Virus record (IMG/VR): IMGVR_UViG_3300037961_002813
Span: 32,001-96,000 of that record
Source: a virus
Reading direction: 5' to 3' (one strand)
DNA: 64,000 nucleotides
Of this stretch, positions 28,578 through 37,868 are shown in pieces. How positions within the stretch are numbered: the stretch's first letter is position 1; every line of letters begins with the position of its first letter. The notes beneath the pieces are model-generated. The model ran no database searches, had not been told where the DNA came from, and saw only the letters and a list, made by a program, of their open reading frames with translations. The position numbers and the translations under genes were made by a program.

Positions 28578-29054
28578 TCATAGTATCACCACCATAGCAT
28601 TGTCAAGTCTGTATTCCTTGCCACCATTATCAAGTGGCTCAAGCATAAAGTAAGTAACTCTTGTACCGTACATCTGTTTGGTCACACTCATAGCCTTGAA
28701 GTTCTTGGGTGTATCATAAGCAGGTTTAGTGATGTGCTTTGTCTGTATCCAAACAGATTCAGCATTCATGTAACTGCGTTTCAAGTTCACTTCAGTCTTG
28801 TTGTCTTTAGCATACACACGGATGCTTTGGGGAGTAAAACGATTTATGTTTCTGTGAGTAGACAGCGTAGGCCAACCACCATTACAAAGAAGTATCCTTC
28901 CGTCTAAGTACCAAGTGATGATGTCAGTATCATGGTAGCGTAGTGCATACTTGCCACCATCAAGCATGAACAGTCTAGTGTTAGAAGTCACAGGCTTGCC
29001 TTTGCTTGGGTCTCTTGCTCTACCAAAGAGATAAGCCACATCTTTGTACTTCAT
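28578..29054 (-). CDS. Conserved phage-type hypothetical protein
   Basis: ALRYHDTDII...L.NGGW.T.ST...IN pattern. Confidence 0.65.
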   Translation of the reverse strand: MKYKDVAYLFGRARDPSKGKPVTSNTRLFMLDGGKYALRYHDTDIITWYLDGRILLCNGGWPTLSTHRNINRFTPQSIRVYAKDNKTEVNLKRSYMNAESVWIQTKHITKPAYDTPKNFKAMSVTKQMYGTRVTYFMLEPLDNGGKEYRLDNAMVVIL

Positions 29055-29239
29055 TGTTCATCACACTCACTGCACAGTTCTGTGTACACATACTGTGTTC
29101 CTTTCCATTCATACTTGCATTTAAAACAGCGAGTGGGTAAGTTACTTTCGTAGTATGTAAGACCGCTTGCCATATCATATATTACTTGACCAATTTTGGG
29201 TTTCATCAATTCACATTTCTTAATTGGTTTATATATCAT
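29051..29239 (-). CDS. Small Zn-finger protein (likely start at MKPK, about 29206)
   Basis: CFKC and CSEC; behind promoter copy 8. Confidence 0.5.
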   Translation of the reverse strand: MIYKPIKKCELMKPKIGQVIYDMASGLTYYESNLPTRCFKCKYEWKGTQYVYTELCSECDEQ

Positions 29240-29241
29240 TT
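29214..29241 (-). promoter_or_regulatory. Conserved early promoter, copy 8
   Basis: catttcttaattggtttatatatcattt followed by ttcagt. Confidence 0.8.
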
Positions 29242-29321
29242 GATTTCAGTCCACCGTTTTTCAATATCAGTCTTGTTAGTGTGGGTGCATATACTTTGAG
29301 GCTAAAAGTATCTTCGCCACT

Positions 29322-29480
29322 ATGTTCAATGTTCAAAATGTTCATCGCCATGTTCACTAAAATGAATAGTCATGTATTCACTAACACCTATGATAATAAT
29401 ATATTATTTATCTTAGAGAGAGTGTGAGTATGAGTATGTTCATTTCTTTGAACAACACTATGAGCAAAGTGAACATTGAC
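29322..29480. repeat. Iteron-like element 1: TGTTCA/TATTCA direct repeats, AT core, inverted TGAACA
   Basis: atgttca four times in about 35 bp, an ataataatatattatt core, then tgaaca/gtgaaca. Confidence 0.6.
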
Positions 29481-29753
29481 TATATCTTTCCTGTAGGTTA
29501 CAAGATGTAACTCGTACTCCCGTATAAGTATTTGAAAAGAGGGTACTGCGAGCAAGGGTCAGCCTCGCCCCTAAGAATAGTCACCCGCCCGTTAATATAC
29601 CGGGACTTAAATCTCGCTCTCGCTCGCACTAATGGAATTATTTTTCCAACCCATACGGGTGTGTCGCAGTAACTCGCAAGGTGAACGGGTCAGCGAACCG
29701 CATGCGAGGCGACAACACCCCGACATCGCATGCGCTATGGCGAATTTGAAAAT

Positions 29754-29793
29754 AAAAAAAAGCCCCCACGCCCCCCGAAAGGGGCGCAGGGGC
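29754..29793 (-). terminator. GC hairpin (UUCG loop) plus poly-T terminator after ORF 29848-30795
   Basis: Minus strand reads gcccctgcgcccct-ttcg-gggggcgtgggggc followed by T8. Confidence 0.75.
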
Positions 29794-29847
29794 AGTTATA
29801 ACCCGCAGGTTATATCAGTTCATAAGTTTGCTAGGGTAGTCACCTAC

Positions 29848-30795
29848 TCAAGACAGGGACACATGACCGTTGGTCATTAGCCAAGTGATGCTGTTCATGG
29901 TTGCACCTGTGCCTGTGTAGACATCTTTTGGTGCGCCTTTGTCTTTGGCGATGTTTCTCACGGTTATGCTAGGCATGCTTGAGATGTTAGCGACGGTTAG
30001 TTTGACCTCTTCTTGCACAGGCTCGCTGACTGTTGGTTGTGGTGTTTCTGTTGCTTGCACTTGTGTAGGAGTGTTGGTTATGACCGCCATCTTCTTCATC
30101 TCTTTGCGCTCGGCAGATGTCTTGCCTTCATGCCACTGTGTGATGACCTTGCCTGTCTTTGGGTCTTTGATGTTGAACTCACATCTGCACCACTGCTTTC
30201 GTGCTTGACCTTCATACTCAAACGGCTTTTGTGTAGGGTCGTTAGCGGCGTAGAAAGCCTCACCCTTTTGCACAGCAGACATAACAGCGATGTCTTTTCT
30301 GTCCTCAAGCACCTTTTGGCGGATGTTACCCATTCCATGTGCTACAAGGTTGCGCTTGTTGCCTTTGTTCTTGCCGTTCAAGACCTCATGCTCATGGGAG
30401 AGCATGTCTAAGACTTGTGCTTCTGTGGCTGTGTAGGAAGGCACTTTCTCTTGGAACGCTTTGTTTGCATCCTCACGGAAACCTGCAAGGGCAACCATAG
30501 CGGTTACGACTTCTGCTCTTGTGTAAGTGATGTACTCACTTGGCATCCATGCGGTCTTTTCATTCTGCTTAGGGGCTTTACCTGTCCACTCAAGGTAACC
30601 GGCTTCTTCGTCGAAGGTCACAGGTAGGGACACAAACGCATGGTCACTTGCTAGGAAGTCATGCAGTTGGTTACATACAGGGGTAAACTGTTCACCTCTT
30701 GCGGCACTCCTGTCCACAGGAGTTGGGGTTACGGTCATAGGCTGGCTTGGGGTTTCTTGGCTTTGTTTGCTCATTTTTGACACCTCAACCACCAT
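29848..30795 (-). CDS. Hypothetical protein, isolated first gene of the early arm
   Basis: 315 aa with its own promoter (copy 9) and terminator. Confidence 0.75.
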   Translation of the reverse strand: MVVEVSKMSKQSQETPSQPMTVTPTPVDRSAARGEQFTPVCNQLHDFLASDHAFVSLPVTFDEEAGYLEWTGKAPKQNEKTAWMPSEYITYTRAEVVTAMVALAGFREDANKAFQEKVPSYTATEAQVLDMLSHEHEVLNGKNKGNKRNLVAHGMGNIRQKVLEDRKDIAVMSAVQKGEAFYAANDPTQKPFEYEGQARKQWCRCEFNIKDPKTGKVITQWHEGKTSAERKEMKKMAVITNTPTQVQATETPQPTVSEPVQEEVKLTVANISSMPSITVRNIAKDKGAPKDVYTGTGATMNSITWLMTNGHVSLS

Positions 30796-30820
30796 TTCTT
30801 AGTTGGTTTATATATCATTT
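30793..30820 (-). promoter_or_regulatory. Conserved early promoter, copy 9
   Basis: catttcttagttggtttatatatcattt followed by ttcagt. Confidence 0.8.
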
Positions 30821-30849
30821 GACTTCAGTAACTTGATTTTCAATATCGG

Positions 30850-31310
30850 AAAGTCATAGCATACACGCCATAGCACATAGCATCTAAGCACATGAAGGGA
30901 AGGTGCTATCCGCACCCGTATGGGTTGGGTCAAGGGTCGCTATTCATGGGGGTGCGAATGAGAGAAGGCTATGGGAGTAGGCAATACATGGGGGCGAGGG
31001 CGGGAGTGCCACTTAGGAATCTATAGAACGGCGCATGTGGGCGCAGGTAGGGGCGCAGTGTAGCGGTCTATAGAATGCCTGTGCCACACCCACGCCCCAC
31101 CCTCGCATAGCACGCACGCAAGGTTTAGCCATAGCACAAAGTGCTATGCCGTTCTATAGAACGGGGTACTGCGGCCATAGCATAGCCCATAGCACGCCCC
31201 ATAGCACGCCCCCTTAGAAGGAGAGATAGCCATAGCACACCCCATAGCACTTCTTTTAACCACGCACAGCATTTTAGAAAAAAAATTTTATAGAAAAAAA
31301 TTTACTGTAA
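30850..31310. repeat. GC-rich non-coding block at the strand switch with CATAGC(AC) repeats and palindromes
   Basis: About 11 CATAGC copies, hairpin 31130-31148, perfect palindrome ccgttctatagaacgg at 31149-31164, two tandem tagaaaaaaa(a)ttt tracts. Confidence 0.8.
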
Positions 31311-31360
31311 AAGTAATTTTATAGCGAATATCTTTTATCCTCATTGTTCTTAGCACCCGC

Positions 31361-31699
31361 ATGGTGGAGTATGACTTCTGTGATTGTTGTAGTCCTACCG
31401 AACTTGCTTTTGCAGTGATGAAAGCAAAGAAAAAGTCCAAGCCGTTTCACGGTTATAACCCAAATAGGCATCACCGAAAAGGTGGGCTAAACGCTAAAGG
31501 TAGGGCGGCGGCTAAGAGGAAAACCGGCGCAAACTTGAAGCCGCCTGTAACCACCAAACCGTCAAAACTCAAGCCCGGCTCTAAGAAAGCAAAGCGTCGT
31601 AAGTCTTTTTGTGCGAGAATGGGTGGTATGAAAGGGCCAACTTCTAAGAAGGGCAAATTGACACCAAAAGGTGCGGCATTGAAAAGGTGGAATTGTTAA
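31361..31699 (+). CDS. Basic phage protein (DUF6321-like)
   Basis: GGLNAKGRA...LKPPV...RRKSFCARM.GMKG...ALKRWNC. Confidence 0.75.
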   Translation: MVEYDFCDCCSPTELAFAVMKAKKKSKPFHGYNPNRHHRKGGLNAKGRAAAKRKTGANLKPPVTTKPSKLKPGSKKAKRRKSFCARMGGMKGPTSKKGKLTPKGAALKRWNC

Positions 31700-32190
31700 T
31701 GACAGCGTTTAACCAAGCGTGGGATATATTAAAAATGCGCTTTAAAGATTTTCAAGGTAAAGCAAAAGGAATGCAAGATGATATTAAACATAGATATGCA
31801 AAAGAACACTCAATGGGTTATGGCGACTCAAATACAATGCCATTTCATGAACAAGAGACAGTTAATCAAAGCATAGTAGATAGATTAGTACATGATAAAA
31901 TGCAAGAAAACATGCAACAAGGTAGAGTAGGCGAGCAAACTACAGATGCATTAGCAAGTAATAAGCCTTTATTCGTACCTAGATATGATGCTCGTACAAT
32001 AGACCCTCGATTTACAGTAAGACAAGATATACAAGATGAAATGCCTTACTCATTTAGGGATTTATACACTGAAAACCCGCCAGTTAAATTTTACAACCCG
32101 GAAGATTATTCACACCTTTCAAAACCAACTCTTACTGAAAAAGATATGGAGATGTTGAGAAGGTTCGACACTAATAATTTTGATATATAA
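31699..32190 (+). CDS. Hypothetical protein with N-terminal AFxQAWxxLK tag
   Basis: ATG at 31699 (TAATG overlap): MTAFNQAWDILK. Confidence 0.7.
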   Translation: MTAFNQAWDILKMRFKDFQGKAKGMQDDIKHRYAKEHSMGYGDSNTMPFHEQETVNQSIVDRLVHDKMQENMQQGRVGEQTTDALASNKPLFVPRYDARTIDPRFTVRQDIQDEMPYSFRDLYTENPPVKFYNPEDYSHLSKPTLTEKDMEMLRRFDTNNFDI

Positions 32191-32202
32191 GGTGGAATTA
32201 AC

Positions 32203-33012
32203 TTGAATGCATTTAAACAGGCTTGGAATTTATTAAAACAAAAAAATAGTGTAGATTATAGTAGGTTACCAAAGGCTGACTTGGCTATGATGAATGCGCT
32301 TGCTAATCTTGGGTATCCTATTTTTCCCAAAACTCCTACAACACCAACTAAGAATCGTTTATTTCCTACTGAACAAGAAGAAATAAGAACTCATCATGAC
32401 CCATACTTTTCCATAGATTATGAAAATGATGAAGATGTTAGAAATGATTTAGAAGAAATTATGGAACAACAGGATAAACCACTTGGTTATGCTTTAGGTT
32501 TGGGTAATGAAGATTTTGATGAGGTTCGGGATGAGGTAGGATATGATTCAAAAGGGAATATGAAATATTTTGCCCCTACAATACACCATACAGATAGAAT
32601 AAGAAATTTAGGAAGAACACTGCAACAAATGACCGGGCCAATTGGTAATAACGAACCACAAATAACAAGAAATGATAAGCAAGTATTTCAAGATTTTAAA
32701 CAAGTAGACCCGCTACAGTTTGATAAATTTAACCAAGCATATCTTAACAGAAATCAATTTAAACCATTTTATGAAGCCGAAAAAGTTTTGTTTAATAACC
32801 CTCAATCTTTTGGTCGAAATGCACCGAATGAAGGACAAATACAGCAACTTAGAGAAGATTTTAATTTAGACGATGCAGAATATAGAGATATTGGTTCTGC
32901 TTTACAATTTATGAATACTCCTACTGAACAAAAAAGACTGTTTGAATTTGGTGATACACCGCATGCAGAAAGATACCGGGAAATGTTAAGTTCTTTAAAT
33001 CAAGACCAATAA
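32203..33012 (+). CDS. Hypothetical protein with N-terminal AFxQAWxxLK tag
   Basis: MNAFKQAWNLLK; SD GGTGG. Confidence 0.7.
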   Translation: MNAFKQAWNLLKQKNSVDYSRLPKADLAMMNALANLGYPIFPKTPTTPTKNRLFPTEQEEIRTHHDPYFSIDYENDEDVRNDLEEIMEQQDKPLGYALGLGNEDFDEVRDEVGYDSKGNMKYFAPTIHHTDRIRNLGRTLQQMTGPIGNNEPQITRNDKQVFQDFKQVDPLQFDKFNQAYLNRNQFKPFYEAEKVLFNNPQSFGRNAPNEGQIQQLREDFNLDDAEYRDIGSALQFMNTPTEQKRLFEFGDTPHAERYREMLSSLNQDQ

Positions 33013-33043
33013 GTTTAATTTGTAAACTACTTTAGGCTCGGAC

Positions 33044-33220
33044 ATGAGTGTAGTTGAATTACTTGGATATTTTTTAGTAGCCGTTTTAGTAGGTTATGTT
33101 TGGGCTTGGTATATGATTGTTAATGAAAATACTACAGATTTTAAAGTATTTAATAGCGAAGAAGAAATAGAAGAATTCCATAAGTCTTGCTTCCACGGTA
33201 TGAGGAAGGGGATTGAATGA
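33044..33220 (+). CDS. Small single-pass membrane protein (58 aa)
   Basis: Manual translation MSVVELLGYFLVAVLVGYVWAWYMIV...; ATGA overlap with the lyase. Confidence 0.6.
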   Translation: MSVVELLGYFLVAVLVGYVWAWYMIVNENTTDFKVFNSEEEIEEFHKSCFHGMRKGIE

Positions 33221-34053
33221 AGGTAACCGTCTATGAGGTTGGCCCTCGTGACGGATTGCAAAATTTAAAACAATTTATACCGACTGAAATTAAAATAGGC
33301 TTGATTGATGAATTATACAAAGCCGGTTTAACTCATATTGAAGAAACATCATTTGCACATCCAAAGTATGTACCACAGATGGCTGATGCTGAAAATGTGT
33401 TTAACAAAGGTTCTGTGCTTGTAATGAACAAGCGTGGTCTTGATAGGGCGTTAAGTGTAGGTGCTGAAAAAATAAATATTGTATATTCACCATGTGAAGA
33501 GTTTAATATCAAAAATTTTGGTAAAACAAGAAGTGAATTAATCACAATGTACTACACAATGCTTAACGGAATACCTAAAGAAAATATAAGAGTCTACATT
33601 TCTATGGCGTTTGGGAGTCCGTATACCGGCGTAATATCGCCTAAAATGATGCGTTTATGTATAAAAGATGCAAAATTGTTGGGTAAAACGGTAGTTTTCT
33701 CGGATACCGTAGGTGCGGCTACAAAAGAGGAAGTAGCATTGTGGGCGGATATGGCGAAAGAGAATAATTTGAAAGCCGCTATTCATATTCATCATAACGG
33801 AGATGAACAAAAAGCAATTAGAACAGTAAAATATGCTTTATTGGAGGGTATTAGAGAAATAGACTCTAGTATAGGCGGTTTGGGTGGCTGTCCTTTCGTA
33901 CAGGAGAGTGGTGCTAACTTGTCTACTGAAACATTAGTACGACATTTGAATGTATGGGGTTTTGATTGCGGTATAACTGAAAGAAAATTACAACCGGCTT
34001 TAAAAATTGTAAGAGAAATAAAAGAACTTCAAGAGTTAATGTTAGTAAAATAG
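33217..34053 (+). CDS. hmgL: Hydroxymethylglutaryl-CoA lyase (DRE-TIM metallolyase)
   Basis: YEVGPRDGLQN, SFAHPKYVPQMAD, DTVG, HIH, SSIGGLGGCPF..GANLSTE. Confidence 0.92.
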   Translation: MKVTVYEVGPRDGLQNLKQFIPTEIKIGLIDELYKAGLTHIEETSFAHPKYVPQMADAENVFNKGSVLVMNKRGLDRALSVGAEKINIVYSPCEEFNIKNFGKTRSELITMYYTMLNGIPKENIRVYISMAFGSPYTGVISPKMMRLCIKDAKLLGKTVVFSDTVGAATKEEVALWADMAKENNLKAAIHIHHNGDEQKAIRTVKYALLEGIREIDSSIGGLGGCPFVQESGANLSTETLVRHLNVWGFDCGITERKLQPALKIVREIKELQELMLVK

Positions 34054-35421
34054 ATGTTGATTTCTTGGCTCAACTACTGTTGGGTTTTCTTCTTTATAGT
34101 TTTCAGCCATTAATTGTATAGTTCTGTGCATAAAAGGGTCAATATCTTCAATTAATGTACCGTTATTCGTCGGTGTCATTTTATGTGTGCGGTCAAGCAT
34201 CATTATGTCGTCAATAAATTCTTGTGGTAATTCTTCATTGTGGTGGAGTTCTACTGAACCTTTTACTAATAACTCCCATGCTAAATCCATAGGTTCACTT
34301 TTGTATTTCTCATCTTTTCTTGCTGTAATAGCCGCTTGTTTTTTTCGTCTTTGATTTTTTTGTCTATTTTTACCACCCATAGGTTTACCGTCTATTTTTT
34401 GCCTTCTTGCTACATGTTCTTTAAATTCATTTTTACTTAAACCGTGAGCATCAATAAGCATAGTATTATTTTTTCCAAATTGGTCGCCTGTAAACGGTTG
34501 TCCACCTCTAATAAAAGGAGTACCACGATACATAACAGTAGTAAGTATGGGTTTTTTTGTTCTAGGGTGTTCTTTAACAACTGCAATAATTGAGTCACCT
34601 CTACTACGAGAATCAGCCGAACTTAATCCATGTTGTCTTAATACATCTTTAGGTATTTCTTTCGCTTCTCTAATGTTATCTAATAAATGAGTTCGTATAG
34701 CAAATTCTTTGGTAGGAACATTTCTTTTATAGTTTCCATCTTTATCTAAATATGGGCTTAATGCAGAATGTATCCTATCTATTATTTGCTGTCTTTCCTC
34801 ATCTTTTTCAAATCTATAATTCCCAAACAATCTAAAATTAGCATGGCCTATAGTGCCTTCATAAAATTCTTTAGGTAATCTACCTTTAAAACTAGGTTCT
34901 GCATTAGAGTCAAATTGAGGTCGTTGAGGTTCGGGTTCGGGTTCAATTTTTGGAGGTAAATTTTGAGCCGGAATATCTAAAGGTGCTTTATCAGCATCTA
35001 TATTTTCAGTAAAAAAACCACCTTCTCGATTTCCTGCTAATACATTTGTAAAATTTTGTCTTGAAACCCCGGAATAATCATCCGGTAGATTTAGATTAGG
35101 TTTATTATACATATCTTGTATATGTTGTTGTACAGAAGGATGGACATATTCTCCCTTTGATACACTTGCACCGGCTTTGGCTTTGTCAGCCATATCTTGA
35201 GCCGATGACATTTGTGCTTGATTCTTTTGCTGTTGCATTTCTGCTCTTCGTTGTTGCATCTCCATGCCTGTTTGAGCCATACTTTGAGGCTTAAGTTTTT
35301 CTTTTATGGCTTCTACTGCAACTTGACCTGTCTTATCCTTTGCTTTACTTGCAACACTTGCTATTGCGCCACCAATTACCCGTAAAGGTACGGCTTTACG
35401 CACACCAACAGGTCGGCTCAT
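34042..35421 (-). CDS. Hypothetical protein with EPMDLAWELLVK tag (antisense within the late region)
   Basis: 459 aa ORF; tag at 34261-34296. Confidence 0.75.
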   Translation of the reverse strand: MSRPVGVRKAVPLRVIGGAIASVASKAKDKTGQVAVEAIKEKLKPQSMAQTGMEMQQRRAEMQQQKNQAQMSSAQDMADKAKAGASVSKGEYVHPSVQQHIQDMYNKPNLNLPDDYSGVSRQNFTNVLAGNREGGFFTENIDADKAPLDIPAQNLPPKIEPEPEPQRPQFDSNAEPSFKGRLPKEFYEGTIGHANFRLFGNYRFEKDEERQQIIDRIHSALSPYLDKDGNYKRNVPTKEFAIRTHLLDNIREAKEIPKDVLRQHGLSSADSRSRGDSIIAVVKEHPRTKKPILTTVMYRGTPFIRGGQPFTGDQFGKNNTMLIDAHGLSKNEFKEHVARRQKIDGKPMGGKNRQKNQRRKKQAAITARKDEKYKSEPMDLAWELLVKGSVELHHNEELPQEFIDDIMMLDRTHKMTPTNNGTLIEDIDPFMHRTIQLMAENYKEENPTVVEPRNQHLFY

Positions 35422-35483
35422 GAATAGCGTATAGGGCGAGCATTCTAAATGCTATCGCTACCTCGCCCATAACAGGTGCGAGC

Positions 35484-37868
35484 GTGAGCAAGATTTTTGT
35501 TAAACAGCAAACCACCTTACGAGACTACGGAATGGAAAGAGTAGATGAGTTTCCAACCATTCCTTATGACCCATCTCAACTAACACCCGGTATTGAAGCA
35601 AGTTTGCAAAACCAAAGTGATTCATATAGAACTGCACCTATGGGTGAAGGTCATATCGTATCTAATATTCGACCTACTAACTTACAAGAATATATGGATA
35701 TGTTACATGACGATTATTATACAAATGTAACTGCTTTTAGTCATCCAACTGAACTTGAAAATATAGAAAATGACCTTGAAAATACTAGAAATACGGTTAT
35801 GCGTCAAATATCTAATCAAGTAGGTGGGTATGGTCCAAATAGAAAATTTCAATTATTTCCAAAAGGCATACCATCTAAAACACCAACAGGGTATGAAAAT
35901 GCTAGTCATACAATGTTAGATATGCTTAGACAAATGGATATTAAAGAAAAAGGATTTAGTGATATTACACAAGAAATGATAATGAATGCAAAAATTTTTG
36001 GTACAGGTGACCCTTCAAATGCGCCCAAACCTCTTGATTTAGATGAAGATGGAAACCTTGCGTATGTTAAAGAATTAGAAAAAATAAAACGCACAAGAGC
36101 AATTAATGATGCTCTAAAAAATACATTACCGGGTAACTATGATAAAAATTTTGCTAACTTAATGGAATCTTTTAAAGGAAAGCGTAGAGAAAATTTAATG
36201 TCATCAAGAAACTTTTTTAATAATTTAGTTAGAAGATATGGCCCTCAAGGTGCAACCGAGATATTAAGAAATCACCCTGCTTTAAAATTAAACCGTCAAA
36301 GAAGTTTAGCCGAAGTATTACCTGCATATCAAACTGAAAATCCATTTAACCCGGATGGCTCAATAAAACCCGGTGCTGTACCTCCTGTAACAGCAGTTAA
36401 GCAAATGTCTGCTAGTGATATTAAGAGATTAATGCTTGGCGCAGGGCTTATGCCTATAGGCTCACAAACTGATTCGGATAATGAAGGATACGAGCGTACT
36501 CAAGTAATACCTCGCTTAATGAGGCAATTTGATAAAAATAGAAGTCAGCAAAGTAAAGACCTTTCCGCACTTGAGAAACCAATGATTATTGCTGAACATG
36601 ATTCACAAAATCGTGGCGGAACACAAGCCGGAAGTTTTGTCTCACCTACAACAATACCGGATATTCGTAGAGCAATTGTAGCATCAAAAAGAGAACCACA
36701 GAATCTAAGAATGTTAGGTGTAAGAGGTTTAAATCCTGTTGATGATTTTGTACAACAACGAGCATCTACAGGACAACAAGAAGCAACAAGTGAAGGATAT
36801 ATACACTCAAGAATAGACCCTAGTAGACTTGTACCAATTGAAATGCCAAAAGGTGATATTCCTGCTACAGTTAGAGGTGATGTATCTATTGATGTAAGCG
36901 ACCCAACACCTTCACAAGAGCAAAGAGTAGCCGCTATACTTGGTACTGTAGATGAAGGTTTTAAACCCGGTATTACAAGAAATACTATAACACCTAAATT
37001 AACTAGAAGAGGTGGAGGAAAACGATTTAACTTACAATCATTATTTAGATTTAATAAAGATGGATATACTGATGGTCGAAATGCGATTAGAGGACACATA
37101 GCAAGAAATGAAGATAGAATGAAAGATTTAGATGAATCACTTGAAATATATTATAAAAGATTAAAAGACTTGAATAATATGACAAGTCAAATTACAAATC
37201 CACACACTTTGGTTAATCATGAAGATTCAATAGAACACGCAGAATTCCGTATTGATGATTTAGAAGGAGAAAAAGAAAAAGTTAATACTCAAATACAACA
37301 TCTTAATCATAGATTAAAATATTATAATCAAGATTTCCAAGAAGCAGTTAAGCAATATGCAGACGGATTAAAAAGTATAGATGAAAAATTACCATTCCTT
37401 ACCGATATGCCACTAGAAGGTATTGATTTAACTGATACTGCAAAATACTTTACATCAAGAGATGGTTATGATGGTGGAACTGAATTAGATGACAGGAAAA
37501 AATTAAACCTTAATTTAGACAAACATGGTTTCCCGTTAAAAGAAGATGGCACTGCTATGACATTAGATGAAAAAATTAACTTAGTAACAGACCCTAATTT
37601 AGAAGAATTAGCAGAAAATATATTTAAAAATAGAAATAGAGTTTTAGACCAAATAATGCGCTACAATACAAAACTACCTTTCGGTGATGACACACCAACT
37701 AAAAAGAAAATTGGAGTTCAAGAATTAGAAGATTATATTAAAAGACTAGAATCTGCAAAATATGATGAACTAGATGCTAGAGGTTATAACCCGGATAATA
37801 AAGCATTTGAAGAATACTTAAACAATTTAAGAAGAGATTACTACGAAGCAAGGGTGGGAGTGGTTTGA
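35484..37868 (+). CDS. Large hypothetical protein (possible virion cargo; ART-like segment, coiled coil)
   Basis: 794 aa; MLGVRG...EGYIHSRIDPSRLV segment shared with the next gene. Confidence 0.75.
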   Translation: MSKIFVKQQTTLRDYGMERVDEFPTIPYDPSQLTPGIEASLQNQSDSYRTAPMGEGHIVSNIRPTNLQEYMDMLHDDYYTNVTAFSHPTELENIENDLENTRNTVMRQISNQVGGYGPNRKFQLFPKGIPSKTPTGYENASHTMLDMLRQMDIKEKGFSDITQEMIMNAKIFGTGDPSNAPKPLDLDEDGNLAYVKELEKIKRTRAINDALKNTLPGNYDKNFANLMESFKGKRRENLMSSRNFFNNLVRRYGPQGATEILRNHPALKLNRQRSLAEVLPAYQTENPFNPDGSIKPGAVPPVTAVKQMSASDIKRLMLGAGLMPIGSQTDSDNEGYERTQVIPRLMRQFDKNRSQQSKDLSALEKPMIIAEHDSQNRGGTQAGSFVSPTTIPDIRRAIVASKREPQNLRMLGVRGLNPVDDFVQQRASTGQQEATSEGYIHSRIDPSRLVPIEMPKGDIPATVRGDVSIDVSDPTPSQEQRVAAILGTVDEGFKPGITRNTITPKLTRRGGGKRFNLQSLFRFNKDGYTDGRNAIRGHIARNEDRMKDLDESLEIYYKRLKDLNNMTSQITNPHTLVNHEDSIEHAEFRIDDLEGEKEKVNTQIQHLNHRLKYYNQDFQEAVKQYADGLKSIDEKLPFLTDMPLEGIDLTDTAKYFTSRDGYDGGTELDDRKKLNLNLDKHGFPLKEDGTAMTLDEKINLVTDPNLEELAENIFKNRNRVLDQIMRYNTKLPFGDDTPTKKKIGVQELEDYIKRLESAKYDELDARGYNPDNKAFEEYLNNLRRDYYEARVGVV

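Noticed and set aside
29632-29880. 82-aa plus-strand ORF
   Set aside because: It runs through the terminator hairpin, is opposite to the local gene orientation, and has no SD or recognisable motif.
29500-31310. tRNA genes in the GC-rich non-coding stretches
   Set aside because: No cloverleaf or T-loop GTTCRA pattern could be identified by eye.
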